Part shown: piece after piece, positions 40,749-50,770 of the stretch
Numbering within the stretch: the first letter of the stretch is position 1
Layout: every line of letters starts with the position of its first letter
DNA from: Spirochaetia bacterium
GTDB lineage: Bacteria > Spirochaetota > Spirochaetia > SZUA-6 > Bin103
Assembly: GCA_965203515.1 (NCBI GenBank)
Contig: OZ241907.1
Coordinates: 2,720,001-2,784,000, forward strand
DNA: 64,000 nt
Direction: 5' to 3'
Translations under genes and position numbers: made by a program
The notes under the pieces: model-generated
Database searches by the model: none
The model's input: only the letters and a program-made list of their open reading frames with translations
Told to the model about the DNA's origin: nothing

Positions 40749-41129
40749 TTATGGGAGCAACCACGCCATCACCCGCTGAAGAGTGGGAATCAATACCGCG
40801 GCGCCGACCATGACCGTCAGAATCCAGCGGGTTTGCGTAGTGAGTTCCTTGCGTACATCGGCTAGTTCTTTGCGTACATCGCCGATCTCCTTGCTGACGT
40901 CGGCGCGCAGGACGCCCATTTGACGTTGGAGATCCAGGAAGCCGGCCTGCATTTCGCTGCGCAGACGGCCTTCGCTCTCCGCGACGTGGCGCAGGAACCG
41001 ATCCTCGACCGACTGCAACAGAAGTTCTCTCTGGCCGTTCCGGGCCTCGTGCAGCAGATCGATCAGCGCTGCGCTGGCCTCGTCGCCGAGCTTGTCCTGC
41101 AACGCAGGTGGTACCGTGAGTGCGGCCAC
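40749..41129 (-). CDS. DUF1640/CCDC90 (LA_3696-like) coiled-coil protein with C-terminal TM
   Basis: VPPALQDKLGDEASAALIDLL, heptad repeats DVSKEIGDVRKELADVRKEL, hydrophobic tail after TQTRW. Confidence 0.7.
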   Translation of the reverse strand: MAALTVPPALQDKLGDEASAALIDLLHEARNGQRELLLQSVEDRFLRHVAESEGRLRSEMQAGFLDLQRQMGVLRADVSKEIGDVRKELADVRKELTTQTRWILTVMVGAAVLIPTLQRVMAWLLP

Positions 41130-41184
41130 TGCCGCCTAAGCATACCGCGCGGTACGGAATCCGTCTACTTGGCGCGCCGCAGCC

Positions 41185-41781
41185 TTACGGGGCCAGGTCG
41201 CCGCGCTTCACCGACTCCTCGATGAGGGAGCGCGCGAGTTCCCAGAGCCGAGGGGAGCCGGCGGCGATGGCGCCGTTCTTCGCGCGCACCTGTGCGGAGG
41301 TGATTCCGTGCCGGCGCCAGGCGGCGCCGCCGGTGCGGTGGTTGTGCAGCACCGGTTGCAGCCGGTCGAGCGCGTACGCGAAGCGCGCTTCCGGCGTCTC
41401 GCGTTCCTCGAACTCGTCCCAGGCGGCGCGCAGCCGGCTCGCCTGATCGGCCGGCAGCAGCGCGAACAGCCGGTCGGCCGCTTGACGCTCGCGGTCCTGC
41501 TTCGTCGCCTGCCCGGCTTCGTCGTAGATAAAGGTGTCGCCGGCGTCGATCTCCACGATGTCGTGCACCAGCACCATGGCCAGCACCCGGCCGGCGTCGA
41601 GGTCCCCGCCGTACTCGGCCAGGACCAGCGCGTACAGGGCGAGGTGCCAGGAGTGCTCAGCCGAGTTCTCCGGCCGGCTGCCGTCCAGCAGCGTCGTCTG
41701 CCGCCGGACCCGCTTCAGATCGTCGATCGCGCACAGAAACTCGATCTGCTCGTTCAGCCGCCGGTCGACGGCGCCGGTCAC
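41185..41781 (-). CDS. HD domain hydrolase (HD_3/YfbR-like)
   Basis: ENSAEHSWH, VHDIVEIDAGD, ALDRLQP; GTGA coupling to the upstream gene. Confidence 0.9.
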   Translation of the reverse strand: MTGAVDRRLNEQIEFLCAIDDLKRVRRQTTLLDGSRPENSAEHSWHLALYALVLAEYGGDLDAGRVLAMVLVHDIVEIDAGDTFIYDEAGQATKQDRERQAADRLFALLPADQASRLRAAWDEFEERETPEARFAYALDRLQPVLHNHRTGGAAWRRHGITSAQVRAKNGAIAAGSPRLWELARSLIEESVKRGDLAP

Positions 41782-43748
41782 CGGCTGACCGTCACGGCGA
41801 CGCCGAGGTGGTCGGAGGCCGGGCTCACCGGCATGGAGAAGTCGGTGGCCGTCAGATCGGGACTGGTCCAGACGTAGTCGATGCGCTGCTCCAGCTCGTC
41901 GGCCGGCCACGTGAAACCGTCGCCGGGCGGCCCGGCGGCGACGAACGCGTCGACGAAGCCGGCGGCGGCGACCTGCAGCATCTCCGGGTGGTCGGGGGAC
42001 GCGTTCAAGTCTCCCAGCAGCACCACGGTGCGGGCGCTGTCGATCGCCTCCAACACCGCCAACGCCTGTGGCATGCGGTGGGCGGCATCCTCCTCTTCCT
42101 CGCCGTTGTGGAAGTGGGTGGCCAGCACCTCCAGGACCTCGCCGCCGCCCAGGTCGACTTCCATCGTCAGAAAGCCCCGGTCCATGACGATCTGGTCATT
42201 GTTCGGCATGCGGTGGTTCCGCACCGCTCTGAGCGGAAAGCGGCTCAGCACGGCGTTGCCCCACACCGGGTCGGCCGCCGGGCCGAAGACGTAGGCCATG
42301 CCGAGGCGCCGCGATAGCCAGACCAGCGTGTCGACCGAGCCGTTGATCAGCCAGCCGCGGGATACCTCCTGCAGGGCCAGGATGTCGGGCCGCTCGGCTT
42401 CTATGACCTGCGCGAGCGCCTCCATGCCGTGGCGGCCGCGCACGTCGAAGCCCTGGTGGATGTTGTAGGTCATCACCCGCACCGGGAATCCGCTCCGGTC
42501 GGCCGGTTCGATCCGGTTCCAGGCGGCGATCTGAACCACCGGCACCGCCAGCGCCAGCAGGGCCGGAACGGCGGCGGAGCGCGCGATCTCCGCCCGGATC
42601 GGGGAGCCGCCCAGGCCGGCGCGCAGCGCCGCGAGCGCGACCAGCAGCGCGGCGAGCGGGCGGACGACCGCCTGCGGAATCGGCAGCGCGATGTCGTAGT
42701 GGGCGTAGTAGATGAACAGCAGCACCAGCAGCGCCAGCATGCCGGCCGTGGTCCACGCCGATACCGCCGCGCCGCTCCGCCCGCGAGCCGAGACCGGTGC
42801 GGAGCCGGCCACCGCGACCAGCAGCACCGCGGTCGCCGCCTGCCCGGCGAGCACCGCGAACGCCGCCGCCGGTCCCTGCCAGTCGCCGGCGACCGACGCG
42901 ATCAGCACGCCGCCCACCAGCGCCAGCACGCCGGGGTGCAGCGCTCGACCGCGCCGCGCCAGCGCCGTGGCAGCCGCCACCGCCGCCAGGTTCGCGGCCA
43001 GCGTCCAGGCGAGCGCCGCCGGCTGCTGCCATCCGGTCAGCACGGTCAGCCGCGCGACGTTCTGGAAGGTCAGGAACTCAAGCACGAGCGCCGGGCCGAA
43101 TATCAGGCACGGCGCGCCCCAGGAGAGGTGCGATGACGCCCGGCCGCCGGGTGACGCCGCGCGCTCCGGCCGAGCCGGCGCCGCCATCGCCAGCAGCACC
43201 CACTGCGCCGCCACCAGCACGGCGGTGACCGCGTGCGCGGCGGCGCCCCCGGCCCAGGAGAGATCGATCGTGCCGAACGCACCCTTGACCGCCGTATCGA
43301 TCGACAGCGCGAGCAGCAGCGCGACCGCAGCGTGCGGGCCGCCGTCGCCGGCGGCCCGGAGCGACCGCAGCAGGAGCGGCAGCGCCCACAGGAACAGCAC
43401 CGTGCCGGCGATCGACAGCGCCAGGTCCACGGACAGCGAGGCGGTGAACTGCTCGGCGATCCGCAGCAGTCCGAGCCCGCCGAACATCACCGGCGCCGCG
43501 GCGCGCCGGCCGAGCGCCCGGTGCACGGCCGGCGCCAGAAACCCGGCGCCGAACACGACCAGGCCCAAGCCGCCGACCAGCATCGAGCTCAGCTCGTTGA
43601 TCTGCACGAGGTTCACGGAAAGCGCTACCACGAGCAGGCGCAGGAACTGCAGCCCGAACACGAAGGTCAGCGCGCCGAGCAGCGTGGCGGCGAACGACGC
43701 CCGCCCGCCGCCGAGCGCCGGCTGTCGCCGGCCGCCGGGGTCGCTCAT
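41778..43748 (-). CDS. Polytopic membrane protein with C-terminal endonuclease/exonuclease/phosphatase domain (CWH43/PGAP2IP-like)
   Basis: Many TM helices, then VMTYNIHQG, LALQEV, LLGDLNA, RIDYVW, ASDHLGV. Confidence 0.85.
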   Translation of the reverse strand: MSDPGGRRQPALGGGRASFAATLLGALTFVFGLQFLRLLVVALSVNLVQINELSSMLVGGLGLVVFGAGFLAPAVHRALGRRAAAPVMFGGLGLLRIAEQFTASLSVDLALSIAGTVLFLWALPLLLRSLRAAGDGGPHAAVALLLALSIDTAVKGAFGTIDLSWAGGAAAHAVTAVLVAAQWVLLAMAAPARPERAASPGGRASSHLSWGAPCLIFGPALVLEFLTFQNVARLTVLTGWQQPAALAWTLAANLAAVAAATALARRGRALHPGVLALVGGVLIASVAGDWQGPAAAFAVLAGQAATAVLLVAVAGSAPVSARGRSGAAVSAWTTAGMLALLVLLFIYYAHYDIALPIPQAVVRPLAALLVALAALRAGLGGSPIRAEIARSAAVPALLALAVPVVQIAAWNRIEPADRSGFPVRVMTYNIHQGFDVRGRHGMEALAQVIEAERPDILALQEVSRGWLINGSVDTLVWLSRRLGMAYVFGPAADPVWGNAVLSRFPLRAVRNHRMPNNDQIVMDRGFLTMEVDLGGGEVLEVLATHFHNGEEEEDAAHRMPQALAVLEAIDSARTVVLLGDLNASPDHPEMLQVAAAGFVDAFVAAGPPGDGFTWPADELEQRIDYVWTSPDLTATDFSMPVSPASDHLGVAVTVSR

Positions 43749-43863
43749 GCCGGTACCGTAGTCCGGGGCGTCCGCGCCGTCCACCTCCGCCGGCTGGCCC
43801 GGGTACTCGCGCGCGGTACGGTACCGTCGGGCACGGTACCGGCGGGCGCGGTATGGTTGGGCC

Positions 43864-44505
43864 GTGGTTTCCCTGCTGCTGCGAGGCGAGGTCCTGCTGT
43901 TCTTCCTGCTGGCGGTCGCGCTGATCGTGTCGCTGACGTTCCACGAGTACGCGCACGCCGCCGTCGCCAAGCTCTCCGGGGACCGCACCGCCGAACTGGC
44001 CGGCCGCCTGACCCTCAACCCGCTGGCGCATATCGACCCGATGGGTCTGCTGATGGTGGTGCTGGTCGGCTTTGGCTATGCCCGGCCGGTGCCGGTCGAC
44101 CCGCGCAACCTGAGGTCGCCGCGCGCCGACCTGTGGATCGCCGCGGCCGGTCCGCTCATGAACCTGCTGCTGGCAGTGGTGGTCTGGAACGGCTTCCTGG
44201 CGCTGCGGGGCGCCGACGTGCGCTTCGCCTTCCTGCCGGGGCCGGCGACCTTCGTCGCGCTGCTGGTGCGCGTCAACCTGCTGCTGCTGCTGTTCAATCT
44301 GATCCCGCTCGGCCCGCTGGACGGCCACTACATCCTGCCGCACCTGCTGCCGGAGGCCGCTGCCCGCTGGTACCGGTTCCACAACGCCCGCTACGGCACC
44401 TACGCGCTGCTCGGCCTGATCCTGCTCAGCGTCGTCGGCGTTCCGGTGTTCCGCTTCCTGATGGGCATCGGCGACCGGTTGGTGCCGCTGATCACCTTCG
44501 TGTAG
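43864..44505 (+). CDS. Site-2 protease family (M50) metalloprotease
   Basis: HEYAH, GRLTLNPLAHIDP, AAGPLMN, FNLIPLGPLDG. Confidence 0.92.
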   Translation: MVSLLLRGEVLLFFLLAVALIVSLTFHEYAHAAVAKLSGDRTAELAGRLTLNPLAHIDPMGLLMVVLVGFGYARPVPVDPRNLRSPRADLWIAAAGPLMNLLLAVVVWNGFLALRGADVRFAFLPGPATFVALLVRVNLLLLLFNLIPLGPLDGHYILPHLLPEAAARWYRFHNARYGTYALLGLILLSVVGVPVFRFLMGIGDRLVPLITFV

Positions 44506-44586
44506 GTCCCGTACAGCCCCAGGCGGGCGGCCGCGGCGGCCGGCGGTGGGCGCTCCGCCGAAGTTGCAGTATACTGTGCTGCGTAC

Positions 44587-45342
44587 GTGACCGACCTCAG
44601 CGAGCGGCGGATCGCCGTGCTCATCGACGGTGACAATGCGCAGCCCGGACACATCGGCGCCGTGCTCAAGGAGAGCATCCGTTACGGCGTCGTCACCATC
44701 AAGCGCATCTACGCCGACTTCACCAATCGTCAGATGGAGGGGTGGAAGCGCCAGCTCGCCGCGCATGCCATTTCGCCGATGCAGCAGTTCCGCAACACCG
44801 TCGGCAAGAACGCCACCGATTCGGCGATGATCATCGACGCCATGGACATCCTGTACGGGGGGGCCGTGGACGGGTTCGTGATCGTCTCCAGCGACAGCGA
44901 CTATACGCGCCTGGCCCTGCGCATACGCGAATCGGGCCGCATGGTCGTCGGCATCGGCCGCGACCACACGCCGCGCTCGTTCGTCAGCGCCTGCAACGAG
45001 TTCCGCTTCGTGGAGAATCTCACGATCGCCGAGGAGCGAAACCGGCGGCGGACCGGCAGGAAGCAACCGGTGGTGGAGACCGATGATGCCGAGCGCGGCT
45101 CCCTGGACCTGGTCACCGTGATCACGGAGTCTATCGAGACCGCGGAAGGCGACGATGACTGGGTCGACCTGGGCACGATCGCCAACAACCTCAAGAAGCT
45201 GTATCCCGACTTCGACCCGCGCACCTACGGCAACCGCCGGCTGTCCAAGCTGATCGAGGCGCATACGGAGGCGTTCCGTATACGGCGCGACCGCGAGAAC
45301 AACAGCGTCACCGTACGGCTGGCGGCGGCCGACGCGGACTGA
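44587..45342 (+). CDS. NYN (LabA/DUF88) domain protein with C-terminal OST-HTH/LOTUS
   Basis: IAVLIDGDN, GKNATD..IDAMD, VSSDSDY, PDFDPRTYG. Confidence 0.9.
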   Translation: MTDLSERRIAVLIDGDNAQPGHIGAVLKESIRYGVVTIKRIYADFTNRQMEGWKRQLAAHAISPMQQFRNTVGKNATDSAMIIDAMDILYGGAVDGFVIVSSDSDYTRLALRIRESGRMVVGIGRDHTPRSFVSACNEFRFVENLTIAEERNRRRTGRKQPVVETDDAERGSLDLVTVITESIETAEGDDDWVDLGTIANNLKKLYPDFDPRTYGNRRLSKLIEAHTEAFRIRRDRENNSVTVRLAAADAD

Positions 45343-45350
45343 CGCCGGCA

Positions 45351-45833
45351 ATGGCGGCGGCCACCGGCGCGCTGGCGGCGATCGCCACGCACGCGACGCC
45401 GGGCGCCCCCATGGTCCTGCATGACGCGGCCGAGCTGCGGCCCGGGGTCGGCGTGGTCGGCGACGTGCCGGGCCGCTCGCCGGCGCGGGAGGTCACGGTG
45501 GTCGATCGAGCCGCGTGGCGGTCGGCGTGCCGGGAACTGGGCCAGGACGTGCCGTGGACCGCGCGGCGCGCCAACCTGCTGGTCACGGGTCTGGACCTGC
45601 GCGCCAGCGCCGGTTGCGAGCTGCGCATCGGCGCGGTGCGACTGCGGGTGACCGGTGAGACGCTGCCGTGCCGGATCATGGATCGGCAGCGCGCCGGCCT
45701 GCGGCGCGCCCTGGAGCCCGACTGGCGCGGCGGCGCCACCTGCACCGTGCTGGCCGGCGGCGCGGTCGCCGTCGGAGACGCGGTCGAGTTGATCCGGGGC
45801 GCGGGGTCCGGGAACCGGTCAGGCACTCGCTGA
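45351..45833 (+). CDS. MOSC domain protein
   Basis: RRANLLVTG, LRIG..RLRVTGET.PC..MD, WRGG..C.VL.GG.V.VGD.V. Confidence 0.85.
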   Translation: MAAATGALAAIATHATPGAPMVLHDAAELRPGVGVVGDVPGRSPAREVTVVDRAAWRSACRELGQDVPWTARRANLLVTGLDLRASAGCELRIGAVRLRVTGETLPCRIMDRQRAGLRRALEPDWRGGATCTVLAGGAVAVGDAVELIRGAGSGNRSGTR

Positions 45834-47606
45834 GTCGGGAGGATCGCCGGCGCCGAGCTCGTCGTGCAGCGCCGCGCATGCCTTCGCGGCGGCGCCGGCG
45901 GCGGTCGACAGCGGCGTCCGACTCGGCTTCGCGTCGCGGCGCAGCTTCAGTTCCGCCTGATCGACGGCGACCGTACGGGCGCTCACGGTCATGCGGACCG
46001 GCACGCCGATCAGGTCGGCGTCGTTGAACTTCACGCCGGGCCGTTCGTCGCGGTCGTCCAGGAGCACGGCGAGTCCGCGCTCGGAGCAGTCGGCGGCCAG
46101 CCGGGCCGCACCGTCCTCGCCGCCGCGCAGTGCCACCACGTGCACGTCGAACGGCGCCGCGGTGATCGGCCACCGCAGGCCGGCCGAGTCGTGGTGCTCC
46201 TCGGCGATGCAGGCGAGCAGCCGCCCTACGCCGATGCCGTAGGAGCCCATCACCACCGGCTTGGTGGCGCCGTCGGCGTCCAGGAAGGTGCAGCCGACCG
46301 CTTCGCTGATCCAGGTTCCCAGGCGGAAGACGTGGCCGACCTCCACGCCGCGCGACAGCGCCAGCGAGCCTGAGCAGGAAGGGCAGCCGTCGCCGGCTTC
46401 GGCGGTGACGATGTCGGCGACCACGTCGGCGTGGAAGTCCCGGCCGTGGTTCAGGTTGCGGACGTGGTAGTGCGGCTCGTTGGCGCCGCTGACGAGATTG
46501 GGGGTGGCGGCGATCAGGTCGTCGACCACGGTGAGCGCGCCGCGGGTATCGGCAGGCGAGGCGTAGCCGGGCACCGCGCCGACCGCGCGGATCTCCTCCT
46601 CCGTGGCCGGGCGCAGGGCGCTGGCGCCGGTGGCCTGCGCCAGCTTGATCTCGTTGACGTCCATGTCGCCGCGCACCAGCGCGAAGATCAACCGCTCTCC
46701 TCCGCGCTCGCCGATACCCGCTCCCATCAGCAGCACCGCCTTGGCGGTTCGGGCCGCCGGGATCGCCAGCAGCTCGCACAGCGCCTCGATCGTGGCGGCC
46801 CCGGGGGTGTGGACCCGCTCCGGCTCGTCGGGCGGCTCCGAAACCGGTTCCGGTTTGCGGCACCGGGCGATCTGGCGGTTGGCGCGGTAGCCGCAGGCCG
46901 GGCACGACAGGATGGCGTCCTCGCCGATCGGCGTCAGGTACATGAACTCATGCGTGCCCGACCCGCCCATCATGCCGGCGTCGGCGCCCACGTCGACGAC
47001 CGGCAGCCCACAGCGGGCGAATATCCGGCGGTACGCCCCGCAGTGCGCCCGGTACTGGCGATCGAGCCCGGCCTCGTCGCGGTCCAGGCTGTAGGAATCC
47101 TTCATGGTGAACTCACGCACCCGAATCAGTCCGCCGCGCGGCCGCGGGTCGTCGCGGAACTTGGTCTGGATGTGGTAGAGCAACTGCGGGAGCTGCTTGT
47201 AGGACCGCACCTCGTCACGCACCAGGGCGGCGATCACCTCTTCGTGGGTCATCGCCAGGACCAAGTCGCGCCCTTCCCGGTCCTGCAGGCGCGCCAGCTC
47301 CGCGCCGATCTTCTGCCAGCGCCCGGTCGCCTGCCACACGGAGGCGGGATTGACGACCGGCATGGATATCTCCTGGCCGCCGATCCGGTCGATCTCCTGG
47401 CGCAGGATCGTCTCGATGCGCCGCAGCGAGCGCTGCGCGAGCGGCAGGTAGCTGAACAGACCTGCGCCGAGCTGGCGCACGAACCCGGCGCGCAGCAGCA
47501 GGCGGTGACCGGCCATCTCGATATCGCCGGGGCTTTCCCGCCAAGTCCGGCTGAACAGGGTGCGCATCGACACCGGGCGACGCGCGGAGCGGTGCGGCGC
47601 GGCCAT
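45819..47606 (-). CDS. proS: Proline--tRNA ligase (with editing insertion domain)
   Basis: MTHEEVI, TKFRDDPRPRGGLIRVREFTMKDSYS, VEVGHVF, MGSYGIGVGR, GVKFNDADLIG. Start is 47606 or 47567. Confidence 0.96.
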   Translation of the reverse strand: MAAPHRSARRPVSMRTLFSRTWRESPGDIEMAGHRLLLRAGFVRQLGAGLFSYLPLAQRSLRRIETILRQEIDRIGGQEISMPVVNPASVWQATGRWQKIGAELARLQDREGRDLVLAMTHEEVIAALVRDEVRSYKQLPQLLYHIQTKFRDDPRPRGGLIRVREFTMKDSYSLDRDEAGLDRQYRAHCGAYRRIFARCGLPVVDVGADAGMMGGSGTHEFMYLTPIGEDAILSCPACGYRANRQIARCRKPEPVSEPPDEPERVHTPGAATIEALCELLAIPAARTAKAVLLMGAGIGERGGERLIFALVRGDMDVNEIKLAQATGASALRPATEEEIRAVGAVPGYASPADTRGALTVVDDLIAATPNLVSGANEPHYHVRNLNHGRDFHADVVADIVTAEAGDGCPSCSGSLALSRGVEVGHVFRLGTWISEAVGCTFLDADGATKPVVMGSYGIGVGRLLACIAEEHHDSAGLRWPITAAPFDVHVVALRGGEDGAARLAADCSERGLAVLLDDRDERPGVKFNDADLIGVPVRMTVSARTVAVDQAELKLRRDAKPSRTPLSTAAGAAAKACAALHDELGAGDPPDSASA

Positions 47607-47693
47607 GGGCAATCATACGCCGGCGCGGTGAGTCCGTCCCGCAGCGCGTCATATCGGTCGCCGGCGCGCCGAATCCGATAGACTCCCCGGCCG

Positions 47694-48218
47694 ATGATCC
47701 GCTCTGCGGTTCGTACCGACCGCTGCCTGGAGGTGAAGCGCTATCCCGACGGCCGGCAGGTCACCTTCGGCTGCGATCTGCTGGCGATCGAGCCGGCCCG
47801 GCAGCTCCTGAGCTACACGATGCGCCGGTCCGCCAACGTGGCCGGCGTGTTCGTGCCGGCCGGCGCGCGCTCCTACGGCTGCTTCTGGGCCGGCCGGCCG
47901 TACAACCTGTATCTCTGGGTGCGGCGCGGCGGCGCTCGGCGGGCCGCCGCTCGGCGCGACGCCGTGCTCTTCGCCTATTTCAACGTCTGCGACGAGGTGC
48001 GACTCGGCAGGAGCGAGGTGAGCTGGCGCGACCTGTGGGTCGACGTCCTGGCGCGGCCGGCGCGGCGTCCGGTCACCCTGGACCGCGATGAGGTGCCGGG
48101 CGGTCTGTCGCCGCGGCTCGCCGCCCACATCGAGGAGGCCGCGGCGGAGCTGCATGCGCGCAGCGGAGAGCTGATAGCCGAATGCCTGGGATGGGCCGGC
48201 GCCGTGCAGCGCGGCTGA
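47694..48218 (+). CDS. DUF402-like protein
   Basis: FWAGRPYN.Y, YFNVCD, WRDLWVDV, LDRDE. Confidence 0.7.
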   Translation: MIRSAVRTDRCLEVKRYPDGRQVTFGCDLLAIEPARQLLSYTMRRSANVAGVFVPAGARSYGCFWAGRPYNLYLWVRRGGARRAAARRDAVLFAYFNVCDEVRLGRSEVSWRDLWVDVLARPARRPVTLDRDEVPGGLSPRLAAHIEEAAAELHARSGELIAECLGWAGAVQRG

Positions 48219-48225
48219 TCGGCGA

Positions 48226-48720
48226 TCAGCGTGCGGCCGGAGCGGCCAGCCGCGGCCGGTCGCCGGTGAGCCGTATCTCGACCAGGTTGCCGCCGGGGCC
48301 GCCGCGGTCGACGACCAGGAAGTCGGTGGGGCGGCGCCACGCGATCACCGGATGGTGCCAGACGCCCTTGGCGTAGTTCACGCCCTGCCGGCCGTCGGTC
48401 ACGAACGCGCGCAGGTCGGCGGCCTGCGGCGCCGGGCCGGCCGGCGCGGCCACGATCAGGAACGGCGCGTGGTCGAGCGGGATGAACGCCTGCGAGCCGA
48501 GCGGATGCCGCTCCATCACCGTGACGGTGAGCGGCAGGGACAGCGGCCGTGCGCGGAACACGTTGACGAGCGGCCGGCCGCCGCGGTCGGCGACGTCGAT
48601 CCGGGCCAGATCGTGAAAGCGCACCGTCGTCCCCTCGTTGATGATCCGCCGCTCGGCGCCGGCGGTCTCGATCACGTCCCCGAACGGCGCGAAGGCCGCC
48701 TGCGTGAGCGGTACCGGCAC
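48226..48720 (-). CDS. allA: Ureidoglycolate lyase
   Basis: [43 protein letters not shown]. Confidence 0.92.
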   Translation of the reverse strand: MPVPLTQAAFAPFGDVIETAGAERRIINEGTTVRFHDLARIDVADRGGRPLVNVFRARPLSLPLTVTVMERHPLGSQAFIPLDHAPFLIVAAPAGPAPQAADLRAFVTDGRQGVNYAKGVWHHPVIAWRRPTDFLVVDRGGPGGNLVEIRLTGDRPRLAAPAAR

Positions 48721-48760
48721 GAGCGCCGGCGCGCCTGCGGCGCCGATCGGTCCGTCCGCC

Positions 48761-49795
48761 TCAGGACGGCGTGCCGAACAGCCGCAACCGGCTGATGCCG
48801 CCGTCGGGGATCATGTTGACGCGCACGTGCGACACCGGCCCGCGGCTCTGCAGGGCGTCGCCGGCGAAGGCGTGCTCCCGGTCCGCCTGCAGGCGCTGCT
48901 CGTCCAGCAGCACCGGCCAGAACATCGATTGCGCGACCACCGACGCGCGCAACGCGCCGGTGTCCGCCGGCAGCGACGCGCCCTGCAGAGAACAGCGGTC
49001 GGGGTAGTTGCCCTTGAAGTGGGCGGTGTCGACCACCACGCGGTCGATCGCGCCGGGATGCGCCAGGGCGATGATGCACCAGTCGTAGCCCGGTTCGCGC
49101 CGCCTGCGGGTCTCCCAGCCGTCGCCCATGTCGCGGCCTCGGTCGGGCCGCAGCATGTTGCCCGGATTGCCGTAGTGGGCGTCGTTCCATGCCACCGCCA
49201 CCGCGCCGTGCACGGCCGATGCCAGGTCCACGGGACCACCGGCCGCCAGCGCCCGCCAGTCCGGCCGCGGCCGGCCGTATACGCGCAGGCGCGCCACGCC
49301 GCCGTCCGGCAGCAGGTTGAGCCGCACGTGGCTCCAGGTACGCCGTTCGGCGACCGGAAACAGGTGATGGGCATCGGGGCCGAGCGGCGCCGGCGGCACC
49401 AGCGTGACCCAATCGGCGTCCTGGCCCGGGTCGCCGCCGCTCAGACAGGCATCGAGCGAGGCGGCCGGCGGATAGTTTCCCGTGAAGTGGCGGGTATCGA
49501 TGTCGACCGCGTGAATCTCCCCCGGCGCCGCCAGCCGCACGACGCTGCGGTCGTGCCCTCCGCCGCGGCGTCGGCGCGACTCCCATCCGTCCATCCACTT
49601 GCCGTGCTCGTCGTACTTGTCGGGGATGAACACCGGCTCGCCGGGCTCCAGCATGCGCGCCAGGGGCGCGAAGAACTCGTCCGTGCACCAGACTCCGGCG
49701 GCGCCCAGCCGCGCGTCCGCGAGGTTGGTGGTCAGCGGCGGCGGGCCGGCGGCGTCCGGCCGCCCCGGAGCGTCAGCCACGGCGGCCGCCGGCAT
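48761..49795 (-). CDS. alc: Allantoicase
   Basis: Two repeats of DEFFA/DAHYG..DGWE(S/T)RRRR..DT.HF.GNYP..PDGG.(A/S)RLR. Start is 49795 or 49780. Confidence 0.95.
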   Translation of the reverse strand: MPAAAVADAPGRPDAAGPPPLTTNLADARLGAAGVWCTDEFFAPLARMLEPGEPVFIPDKYDEHGKWMDGWESRRRRGGGHDRSVVRLAAPGEIHAVDIDTRHFTGNYPPAASLDACLSGGDPGQDADWVTLVPPAPLGPDAHHLFPVAERRTWSHVRLNLLPDGGVARLRVYGRPRPDWRALAAGGPVDLASAVHGAVAVAWNDAHYGNPGNMLRPDRGRDMGDGWETRRRREPGYDWCIIALAHPGAIDRVVVDTAHFKGNYPDRCSLQGASLPADTGALRASVVAQSMFWPVLLDEQRLQADREHAFAGDALQSRGPVSHVRVNMIPDGGISRLRLFGTPS

Positions 49796-50717
49796 GCGGA
49801 TGGTGATCGCGCCAGTGGCGGGCGATGTCGACGCGGCGGCAGCACCAGACCGCATCGTGCGCCAGCACGTGGTCCACGAACCGCTGCAGGGAGGCGAAGC
49901 GGCCGGGACGGCCCACCAGGCGGCAGTGCAGGCCGATCGACATCATGCGCGGCGTGCGCGCCCCCTCCTGGTACAGCACGTCGAACGCATCGCGCAGGTA
50001 GTTGAAGAACTGGTCGCCGGCGTTGAAGCCCTGCGGGAGTGCGAAGCGCATGTCGTTGGCGTCCACGGTGTACGGCACCACCAGGTGGTGCCGCCCGGCG
50101 ACCACCGTCCAGTACGGCAGGTCGTCGCTGTAGTCGTCGGAATCGTAGAGGAATCCGCCCTCCTCCACCAACAGCCGCCGCGTGTTGGGTCCGGTGCGCC
50201 CGGTATACCAGCCGAGCGGCCGCTCCCCGGTGAGCCGGTGGATGCTCTCCACGGTCCGCTGCACGTGCTCCCGTTCCACCGGCTCCGGCACCGATTGGTA
50301 GTCGATCCAGCGGTAGCCGTGGCCGCAGACCTCGAAACCCGCGGCCATGGCGGCATCCGCGACCGCCGGGTTGCGTTCCAGCGCCATCGCCACGGCGAAT
50401 ACCGTAATCGGTATTTCGCGTTCGCGGAACAGGCGAAACAGGCGCCACACGCCGACGCGGCTGCCGTACTCGAAGACCGACTCCATGCCCATGTGGCGGT
50501 CGGGCACCGGGCGAGCGCCGACGATCTCGGGCAGGTACGACTCGGATTCGGCGTCGCCGTCCAGCACGCACCGCTCGCCCCCCTCCTCGTAGTTGACCAC
50601 GAACTGTACCGCTACCCGCGCGCCCTCCGGCCAGCGCGCCGGCGGCGGGTCGTCGCCGTAGCCGTACAGGTCACGGGGATAGGTCCGGGTCGAGGGCGCT
50701 TCCATCCCGTCCGGCAT
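49773..50717 (-). CDS. puuE: Allantoinase PuuE (polysaccharide deacetylase fold)
   Basis: YPRDL.GYG, VNYEEGGE, ES.FEYGSRVG.WR, HGYRWIDYQ, GWYTGR, MMSIGLHCR. Confidence 0.93.
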   Translation of the reverse strand: MPDGMEAPSTRTYPRDLYGYGDDPPPARWPEGARVAVQFVVNYEEGGERCVLDGDAESESYLPEIVGARPVPDRHMGMESVFEYGSRVGVWRLFRLFREREIPITVFAVAMALERNPAVADAAMAAGFEVCGHGYRWIDYQSVPEPVEREHVQRTVESIHRLTGERPLGWYTGRTGPNTRRLLVEEGGFLYDSDDYSDDLPYWTVVAGRHHLVVPYTVDANDMRFALPQGFNAGDQFFNYLRDAFDVLYQEGARTPRMMSIGLHCRLVGRPGRFASLQRFVDHVLAHDAVWCCRRVDIARHWRDHHPHAGGRRG

Positions 50718-50770
50718 ACCGGCGTGACTATGCTGGCGAACGACGGCGGGAGCAACCTACACTCGCCGTC

